NCBI GenBank assembly: GCA_963782055.1
Contig: CAWAIF010000003.1
Location: forward strand, 1,504,001 to 1,568,000
DNA length: 64,000 bases
DNA from: an uncultured delta proteobacterium
GTDB taxonomy: Bacteria; Myxococcota_A; Polyangia; Polyangiales; Polyangiaceae
Reading direction: 5' to 3'
Shown here: positions 57,245 to 64,000 of the stretch, in pieces
How the letters are laid out: each line of letters starts with the position of its first letter
Position numbering within the stretch: position 1 is the first letter of the stretch
The notes under the pieces: model-generated
The model's database searches: none
Seen by the model: only the letters and a program-made list of their open reading frames with translations
What the model was told of the DNA's origin: nothing
Translations under genes and position numbers: made by a program

Positions 57245-58702
57245 TCACCCCAGGCGCTCGAGCACCGCGATGACGTGCTCCGGGCTGCGCTCGCTCAGCT
57301 TGCGCAGCTTGGCCGCGTCGAAGAACGCGATCGTCGTCTCCGGGCGCGCCACCGCGGTGATGGGCGAGGCGATCTGGTGGAGGGCGTCGCGCATGCCGAA
57401 GAACTGGTCGGCGGGCACGGTGCCCACCTCCCTCTCGCCCTGGAAGAGGGCGAGCTCCCCGCGCGCCACCAGCAGGGCCACGTCCGGCACCACGTCGCCC
57501 AGCAAGAGGAGCGTCTCCTCCTTGAAGGTCTCCAGTCGCTGGATGCACGCCAGCATCTCGTCGCGCACGTGCACGTCGAGCTGGCTCATCGTCTCGTGCA
57601 TGGAGAAGAAGGAGTCGATGCGGTGGAGCTGCTTGGTGGAGACGATGCGCTCGGCGAAGCCGGTGTCCTTCGTCATCGCCAGCTTGACGATGGCGGCGGG
57701 GAGGACCCACACCTCGCTCACGCGCTCCGCGCGCAGCGTCGCCGTGCAGTGCGGCTCGCCCTCCACCAGCACGCTGGACTCGCCGAGCAGCCAGCCGGGG
57801 TAGCAGCAGCGCACCAGCCACGAGCCGCCGGAGGGTTTCTCCAGGAGCACGCCCACCAGCCCGCTGCGGACGACGAACACGTTCCTCGACGGCTCGCCCT
57901 CCTGCACGAGCACCTCCTCCGGCGCCAGGGTGCGCAGCTCCGCCTTCTCGGCGAGCCACGCGCTCACGTCCTCCGGCAGGCCGGCGAAGCTGCGGCAGTC
58001 GGTGAGCGCGCCGAGCGGCGTCAGGCGCTTGCGCCCGTCCTCCAGGAGCTGGTGGATGGGGGAGCGGCCGTAGGCCTCCTTGCCCAGCATCTCCAGCGCG
58101 GTCGCCCCGACGCGCTCGAGCGCGGTCATGTCGAAGCGGTCGGCGAGCTCGCGCGCCGCGGCCTCCAGGTAGCCGAGCGCGAGATGCTCCTGCCCGAGAG
58201 CCTTCTCGACGCGCGCCATCCGGAACAGGGTGTCACCCTGGGTCTCGTGATCGCGGAGCAGCCGCGGGAGCTGCTCGCGCGCCATGCGCAGCGCCTCCAG
58301 GTTGCCGGCCGCGAGCGCCTTGTCGACGCGCGCCTCCAGGTCATCGAGGGAGCTCGGCGCGATCTCGTCCAGCATGTCGCCGACATCGTCCTCGCCCCCG
58401 CCCAGGTCGGCGAAGTCGCCCATCGGATCGGGGGGCGGCGGCGCGAGCGACGCGCGCGCGAGGTGGTTGCGCACTGCCTCGACCACGTCGTCTGGGCCGA
58501 TCAGGCGCGAGAGCTTGCCGTCGTCCTCGACGGTGACGTCGGCCACGTGGATCGCGCCCGAGGGCGCGTTCAGCACCACCGTGACGTCCCACGCGTCGTC
58601 GGCGACGCGTCGCACGCGTCGCACGTCGCGTACCTCAAGCAGCCTGCCGAACTCGCGGCGGAGCTGCTCGGTGACGGCCTCCCACACTTCTTCGCGTGTC
58701 AC
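57245..58702 (-). CDS. Tandem cyclic-nucleotide-binding domain protein
   Basis: QEGE.....VV.SG.V, GESS......TAT; second FFG....A-type cNMP domain. Confidence 0.82.
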   Translation of the reverse strand: MTREEVWEAVTEQLRREFGRLLEVRDVRRVRRVADDAWDVTVVLNAPSGAIHVADVTVEDDGKLSRLIGPDDVVEAVRNHLARASLAPPPPDPMGDFADLGGGEDDVGDMLDEIAPSSLDDLEARVDKALAAGNLEALRMAREQLPRLLRDHETQGDTLFRMARVEKALGQEHLALGYLEAAARELADRFDMTALERVGATALEMLGKEAYGRSPIHQLLEDGRKRLTPLGALTDCRSFAGLPEDVSAWLAEKAELRTLAPEEVLVQEGEPSRNVFVVRSGLVGVLLEKPSGGSWLVRCCYPGWLLGESSVLVEGEPHCTATLRAERVSEVWVLPAAIVKLAMTKDTGFAERIVSTKQLHRIDSFFSMHETMSQLDVHVRDEMLACIQRLETFKEETLLLLGDVVPDVALLVARGELALFQGEREVGTVPADQFFGMRDALHQIASPITAVARPETTIAFFDAAKLRKLSERSPEHVIAVLERLG

Positions 58703-59025
58703 GCGCCAAGCCTACCGGGCTTTGGCCGCGCTCGAAACTGAGGTCCGCCCGGAGGGCGGCCGACAGCCCGAAGGGCACGCAGACTGAGGCCACCGGACAG
58801 ATCGCGCGCAAGTGCCTGAAATTTGGTCGCGCCAGCCGGACTTCTGGTCCTGTTCAGCTTGCATGTCGGGCGGGGATCTGGTGTGTTCGTTGGGATACTG
58901 CTTCCGTGGCGTTGATCCGCCGTCCGGCCCGTGTCGGATGTGCCTTCGTCGCGCCGCGCTACGAGCCCGCCAATTCCGGCGATCGGGCGTCAGGGGAGGC
59001 GTATCGGAAACACAAAGGGAGCTCG

Positions 59026-60711
59026 ATGAAGGAACACGCCTGGCAAACCCTGTCCCAAGCAACCCCCGAAGTGGCGGCGCCCAACAAGCCCGCCGACCCG
59101 CGCCTCGAGGCCATCTGGGCTCGCGCCTACCGCGCGAAGACCCGCGATGACCTCAAACAGCTCTACGCCGACTGGGCCGAGACCTACGACGCCGACCACG
59201 ACACGGTCGGGTTCTTCGGGCACCGGTTGACGGCCGAGGTGCTGGCGCGGCAGCTCACGCGACGTGACGCTGCGAGGGTTCTGGACGCGGGTGCCGGGAC
59301 GGGTGCGGCGGGCGAGGCGCTCGCCGGCCTGGGCTTCAAGGACCTCGTCGCCGTCGATCTCAGCGACGCGATGCTCGCGCGCGCAAGAGAGAAGGGCGTG
59401 TACTCGCAGACGATGGTCGCGGACCTCTCGCTGCCGGTCGACGCCTTCGGCGACGACGCCTTCGACGCGGCGGTGCTCGTCGGCGTCTTCTCCTACGGGC
59501 AGGCCCCGGCGGAGGCGCTCGACGAGATCATCCGCATGGTGCGGCCTGGCGGCGTCGTCGCCTTCACCCTCCGCACCGACTTCTACGGCGAGGACGCCAT
59601 GGGCGTCCGCACCAAGATGCAGCTCCTCGAGCGACGCGGCACGTGGCACCTGCTCGAGACCACCGAGCCCGCGCCGTACCTGCCTGGCAAGGATCCCGAA
59701 GCCAAGTTCCAGGTGTGGTGCTACCGCGTCACCGGCCAGAAGACGCCGGAGGTGGAAGAGGGCTTCGACACCGCGGTGCGCGAGGCGCTCGCGGGCGACG
59801 ACTGGGTGAAGAAGATCGACCACGCGTGGATCTGGGACTCCACCGCCTCGCGTCTCTACGATCGCTACACGCAGACGGCCGGCTACTACCTGACGGACTG
59901 CGAGGAGGAGATCCTCCGCGACCGCGCGAAGGAGATCCTCGGCGAGGAGCGCCTCGTCGTGGAGCTCGGCTGCGGCTCGGCGCGCAAGATCTCGCACGTG
60001 CTCCAGGCGTGCGTCGATCGCGGCGGCCCCGTCCGCTACCTCCCGATCGACGTGTCGAAGGGCGCCCTCAAGGCGACGGAGGCCGACGTGCGCCGCCGCT
60101 TCGGCGACAAGGTCACCATCGAGCCGCGGCAGGGCATGTTCGACGACGTGCTGCCGACGCTGCCGGTGGGCGAGAAGAAGCTCGTCTTCTTCTTCGGCTC
60201 CTCCATCGGCAACCTGGACACGATCGACGACACGGTGACGTTCCTCGCGCGGCTGCGCACGCGGCTGCACCCGGGCGACCGGTTCGTCGTCGGCATGGAC
60301 CTGCACAAGGACGAGTCGGTTCTGGAGGCGGCGTACAACCACGAGGAGGCGTGCCGCGCCTTCTTCGCGCACATGATCCGGCGCATCAACGAGCACCTCG
60401 GCGCCGACTTCGACCCGCGCGTCTTCAAGCTCGCCTCGGAGTACATCCCGGAGAAGACGAAGGCGCCTTTCCGCTCGTGGCGCATGGCCCTGCGCGTCGC
60501 GCCGACGGAGCCGCAGCACACCTGGGTGCGCGCGCTCGGGATGGAGGTGCACCTCGAGCCGGGGCAGCCGGTGCAGGTGGGTCTCTCGCGCAAGTTCGAG
60601 CCGGAGAGCATCGCCAAGCTCGCGGGCCTGGCGGAGCTCAAGCTCACGCGGCAGTGGCTCGACAAGCGCAAGTGGTTCTCGCTCAACGAGCTCGAGCTTC
60701 CTTCCGGATGA
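59026..60711 (+). CDS. Fusion: class I SAM methyltransferase (METTL27/WBSCR27-like) plus EgtD/Methyltransf_33 domain
   Basis: N-terminal LY.DWA.TYD, VLDAGAGTG, VDLS..ML; C-terminal YYLT..E.EIL, VELGCGS.RK, PIDVS, GSSIGN, G.DL.K....L.AAY, S.KF; AAAGGGAG RBS. Confidence 0.9.
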   Translation: MKEHAWQTLSQATPEVAAPNKPADPRLEAIWARAYRAKTRDDLKQLYADWAETYDADHDTVGFFGHRLTAEVLARQLTRRDAARVLDAGAGTGAAGEALAGLGFKDLVAVDLSDAMLARAREKGVYSQTMVADLSLPVDAFGDDAFDAAVLVGVFSYGQAPAEALDEIIRMVRPGGVVAFTLRTDFYGEDAMGVRTKMQLLERRGTWHLLETTEPAPYLPGKDPEAKFQVWCYRVTGQKTPEVEEGFDTAVREALAGDDWVKKIDHAWIWDSTASRLYDRYTQTAGYYLTDCEEEILRDRAKEILGEERLVVELGCGSARKISHVLQACVDRGGPVRYLPIDVSKGALKATEADVRRRFGDKVTIEPRQGMFDDVLPTLPVGEKKLVFFFGSSIGNLDTIDDTVTFLARLRTRLHPGDRFVVGMDLHKDESVLEAAYNHEEACRAFFAHMIRRINEHLGADFDPRVFKLASEYIPEKTKAPFRSWRMALRVAPTEPQHTWVRALGMEVHLEPGQPVQVGLSRKFEPESIAKLAGLAELKLTRQWLDKRKWFSLNELELPSG

Positions 60712-61481
60712 TCAAGCTGGAGGGGGTCTCGCGCACGTTCAAGGCTGACGGGCGAGACCCCGTCCGCGCCCTCGTCGGCCTCGATCTGCAGATCGAGACC
60801 GGCGAGACGATGGCCCTGCTCGGGCCGTCGGGGTGCGGAAAGACCACGACGTTGCGGCTGCTCAACCGGCTCCTCGAGCCGACGGGCGGCCGCATCCTCG
60901 TGGGCGGCGAGGACACCGCCGCGCTCGACCCGGTGCTCTTGCGGCGCCGGATGGGTTACGTCGTGCAGCGCGGCGGGCTCTTCCCGCACATGACGGTGCG
61001 CCGCAACGTCGGCCTGCTCTGCGACCTGGAAGACTGGCCGAAGCCGAAGACCGACGCGCGCGTCGACGCGCTGCTGGAGCTGGTCAACCTCCCTCCGGCC
61101 GAGTTCCGCGATCGGTACCCGCGCGAGCTCTCCGGTGGGCAGCGGCAGCGCGTGGGCGTGGCCCGCGCCCTCGCCCTGGACCCGGAGATCCTCCTGATGG
61201 ACGAGCCCTTCGGCGCGCTCGATCCCATCACCCGCCGCAAGCTGCAGAAGGACTTCCTGGCGATGGAGCACCTGGTATCCAAGACCATCGTGATCGTCAC
61301 CCACGACCTGGACGAGGCCTTCCTGCTGGGGGATCGCGTCGCGATCCTGCGCAAGGGCAGGCTGGTGCAGGTGGGGACGCCGGAGGAGATCCAGGTGACG
61401 CCGGCCACCGACTGGGTGAGGCGCTTCATCGCGAGCAGCCACCCGCCGGCGGAGGCCGTGGCTGAACAGGGGGGCGCCTGA
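60708..61481 (+). CDS. Osmoprotectant/ergothioneine-type ABC ATPase (OpuBA/YehX/EgtV-like)
   Basis: GPSGCGKT, YP.ELSGGQ.QR, MDEPFGALDPITR, VTHD; ATGA overlap with the upstream gene. Confidence 0.93.
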   Translation: MIKLEGVSRTFKADGRDPVRALVGLDLQIETGETMALLGPSGCGKTTTLRLLNRLLEPTGGRILVGGEDTAALDPVLLRRRMGYVVQRGGLFPHMTVRRNVGLLCDLEDWPKPKTDARVDALLELVNLPPAEFRDRYPRELSGGQRQRVGVARALALDPEILLMDEPFGALDPITRRKLQKDFLAMEHLVSKTIVIVTHDLDEAFLLGDRVAILRKGRLVQVGTPEEIQVTPATDWVRRFIASSHPPAEAVAEQGGA

Positions 61482-61483
61482 GC

Positions 61484-63073
61484 GTGCGCGCGCGCGTGCT
61501 GCTCGCGGTCGTCGCCCTGCTGGTGCTGGTGGGCGTGTCCGGCGCGCGGGCGCCGGCGGCCCGTGCCGCCCCGGCGAGCAGCGGCCACATCGTCATCGGC
61601 TCCAAGAACTTCACCGAGTCGCGCATCCTGGGCGCGATGCTCACGCTGCTGGTGCGCTCGCGCACGCACCTGACCGTCGAGCACCGCAGCGGCCTCGGCG
61701 GCACGCTGGTGTGCTTCGGCGCGCTCAAGAGCGGGGAGATCGACCTCTACCCCGAGTACACCGGCACGGCCTGGTCCATCGTGCTCAAGGAGCCGACGAA
61801 GATCACCAGCCGCCTCCACGCCTTCCTGGAGGTGCAGAAGAAGTACCGGCAGATCTACGACATCGAGTGGATGGAGCCCTTCGGCCTGAACAACACCTAC
61901 GCGCTGGCGATGCGCGAGGACAAGGCGAAGGCGCTGGGCGTGCGGACCATCTCCGATCTCGTCCCGCACGCGAAGGACCTGAAGGCCGGCTTCAGCATCG
62001 AGTTCATGAACCGGGAGGACGGCTGGCCCGGCCTCGGCCCGTACTACGGCCTGCGCTTCGGGCAGGCGCGGTCGCTCGAGCACGGGCTCGGGTACGAGGC
62101 CATCGCCAACGGATCCATCGACATCATCGACGCCTACTCCACCGACGGGAAGCTGATGCGCTACCCGCTGCGCGTCCTGGACGACGACCGTCACTTCTTC
62201 CCGCCGTACAACGCCGCGCCCATCGTGCGCGGTGACACGCTGCGCGCTCACCCCGAGCTCAAGGACGCGCTCGACGCGCTGGCCTTCAAGATCGACGACA
62301 AGACGATGATGCGCCTCAACTACGAGGTGGAGGAGAAGGGCAGGGGCTTCCAGGAGGTGGCGCACGATTTCCTGGTGAAGAACAAGCTCCTGGACGCCAG
62401 CGTGAAGATGGGGACCGACGCCACGGCTGGCCGCGGGTCCTTCCCGTCGTTCCTGGCGAGCCGGTGGAAGGAGACGCTGCGCCTCGGCTGGCAGCACATC
62501 GAGCTCACCCTCGCGGCGGTGCTGCTGGCGGTGCTGCTCGCGGTGCCGCTGGGGATCGCCATCACGCGCAGCAGTCTGGGGGAGCGGATCGCGCTGGGGT
62601 CGGCGGGGGTGCTGCAGACCGTCCCGAGCCTGGCCCTGCTCGCCTTCATGATCGCCATCCCGGGGCTGGGGCTCTCGGTGCGCTCGGCGATCCTGGCGCT
62701 CTTCCTGTACGCCATCCTGCCCATCCTGCGGAACACGCACACCGGGTTGAAGGACGTGGACCCCGACCTGATCGACGCGGCCACGGGGCTGGGGCTCACG
62801 CCGGCTCAGATCCTCTTCAAGGTGCAGCTCCCGCTGGCGACGCGGACGATCATGGCCGGGGTGCGGACGGCGACGGTGATCAGCATCGGCGTGGCGACGC
62901 TGGCGGCGTTCATCGGCGCGGGCGGGCTGGGGGAGCCGATCGTGACGGGGCTCTACCTGAACGACACGTGGTTGATCCTGTCGGGGGCGATCCCAGCCGC
63001 GGTGCTGGCGCTGGTGGCGGACTGGGGGCTCGGGCGCGTGGAGAACTGCCTGACGCCAAGGGGGATCCGGTAG
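61484..63073 (+). CDS. Fused betaine-type substrate-binding protein plus permease (OsmF/EgtU-like)
   Basis: GSKNFTE, YPEYTGT, NNTYALA, EF..REDG, DAYSTDG, FFPPY; then QT.PSLAL, EAA-like loop, GAGGLG. Confidence 0.93.
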   Translation: MRARVLLAVVALLVLVGVSGARAPAARAAPASSGHIVIGSKNFTESRILGAMLTLLVRSRTHLTVEHRSGLGGTLVCFGALKSGEIDLYPEYTGTAWSIVLKEPTKITSRLHAFLEVQKKYRQIYDIEWMEPFGLNNTYALAMREDKAKALGVRTISDLVPHAKDLKAGFSIEFMNREDGWPGLGPYYGLRFGQARSLEHGLGYEAIANGSIDIIDAYSTDGKLMRYPLRVLDDDRHFFPPYNAAPIVRGDTLRAHPELKDALDALAFKIDDKTMMRLNYEVEEKGRGFQEVAHDFLVKNKLLDASVKMGTDATAGRGSFPSFLASRWKETLRLGWQHIELTLAAVLLAVLLAVPLGIAITRSSLGERIALGSAGVLQTVPSLALLAFMIAIPGLGLSVRSAILALFLYAILPILRNTHTGLKDVDPDLIDAATGLGLTPAQILFKVQLPLATRTIMAGVRTATVISIGVATLAAFIGAGGLGEPIVTGLYLNDTWLILSGAIPAAVLALVADWGLGRVENCLTPRGIR

Positions 63074-63177
63074 GGGGAGAGGGCGCGGGCTCCATCGCGC
63101 GCAGCGGGCGTGGGACGGACCGGTGGGGCACGCCGTCACTGGTGGCGGTCGCTCCGCGGCGCGTATCCTCGGTCGCC

Positions 63178-64000
63178 ATGATCCCGTCCACCACCCCGCC
63201 AGCTTCCCGCTTCACGCGTCTCGCCGTGCTCGCCGCCGCGCTGACCTTCCCCGCCGCCGGCTGCTCCAAGACTTCGCCGAGCGCGACCAGCGCCGGCGTG
63301 CCCGCCCGCAGCGCGGCGGTCGCGGCCCCCGCCGGCTCCGCCAGCGCGGCGGTCGCCGCGGGCCCGTCCGCCGCGATGCACGTGGATCCGCCGCGTACCG
63401 ACGCCGCGCGCGTGGAGGTGCCCATCTCGCAGGTGAAGCTGCCCGACGGGACCATCCGCTACTGGGTCCCCGTGCGCGTCGGCCGCGGCAAGCCGATCCA
63501 CGCGATGCTCGACACGGGCTCGAGCGGTCTGCGGGTGCTGGCGGCCGCGCTCTCCCCGGGCGACTACGAGGAGACGCCGCAGACGCAGCAGTACCACTAC
63601 GCCAGCGGCGTGACGCTGGAGGGCCCGCTCGCCCGGGCGGCGGTGCGCGTCGGCACCCTGCGCGCGGGCAAGATCCTGGTCCAGGTCGTCAAGAGCGTGC
63701 ACTGCGGGGCGCGCAAGGCGCACTGCGCGGCGGCGCACCTGGCGCCTGGCCAGTACCGCATCGGCGGCGACGGGCTCGCTGGCCAGGGCTTCGAGGCGAT
63801 CCTCGGCGTGTCCGTCCGCTCGCCGCTGACCGGCGCGGCGGTCAACCCGCTCGCCGGCATCGGGGAGCAGGCCTGGGTGGTGGAGCTCCCGCTCCCGACG
63901 GCCCCCGCCGACGCGCACGGCACGCTGCTGGTCAACCCGACGGCGGCCGACCGCGCGGGCTTCCAGATGCTGCCGGTCCCTCCGAAGGACCACGCCGCGC
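63178..64000 (+). CDS. Pepsin-like aspartyl protease lipoprotein, 3'-truncated by window edge
   Basis: Absent from the ORF track (no stop); lipobox AAGC; RY.V.V.VG....AMLDTGSSGL, Y.SG, ILG. Confidence 0.75.
   Translation, partial: MIPSTTPPASRFTRLAVLAAALTFPAAGCSKTSPSATSAGVPARSAAVAAPAGSASAAVAAGPSAAMHVDPPRTDAARVEVPISQVKLPDGTIRYWVPVRVGRGKPIHAMLDTGSSGLRVLAAALSPGDYEETPQTQQYHYASGVTLEGPLARAAVRVGTLRAGKILVQVVKSVHCGARKAHCAAAHLAPGQYRIGGDGLAGQGFEAILGVSVRSPLTGAAVNPLAGIGEQAWVVELPLPTAPADAHGTLLVNPTAADRAGFQMLPVPPKDHAA

Noticed and set aside
58737..58790. Hammerhead-ribozyme-like arrangement (CTGAG..stem..CGACA..stem)
   Set aside because: Core deviates from CUGANGA/GAAA and there is no NUH site or closing stem.

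Overview
Very GC-rich (roughly 70-75% by eye), gene-dense chromosomal window. Gene content suggests a myxobacterium, probably Polyangiales/Polyangiaceae (inference): many lipoproteins with D-A-G/D-G-G acidic linkers, a membrane Ser/Thr kinase, esg-like branched-chain keto-acid dehydrogenase E1 genes, a Zn-finger USP and an RCC1-repeat protein. About 60 CDS or pseudogenes are supportable. I saw no rRNA, tRNA, CRISPR array, transposase or phage genes. Recognisable genes include ftsH, recQ, tesB, glpD, pcm (frameshifted), treT and an hpf-like gene. Most notable: (1) an operon with a METTL27-like/EgtD-like double methyltransferase, whose histidine-binding Glu appears replaced by Gly, coupled to an EgtUV/Opu-type betaine ABC importer and with no egtB nearby; (2) a DUF559 nuclease whose start codon lies inside a 30-bp inverted repeat within about 410 nt of stacked hairpins; (3) an MscS channel fused to two OrfY/DUF5752 domains and coupled to trehalose synthase TreT; (4) two candidate effector/immunity-lipoprotein cassettes; (5) a di-heme cytochrome c-rhodanese fusion; (6) recurring sigma54 and leaderless-type promoter signatures. 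Several 1-2 bp frameshifts may be assembly errors. All family calls come from motif recognition by eye, not database searches.
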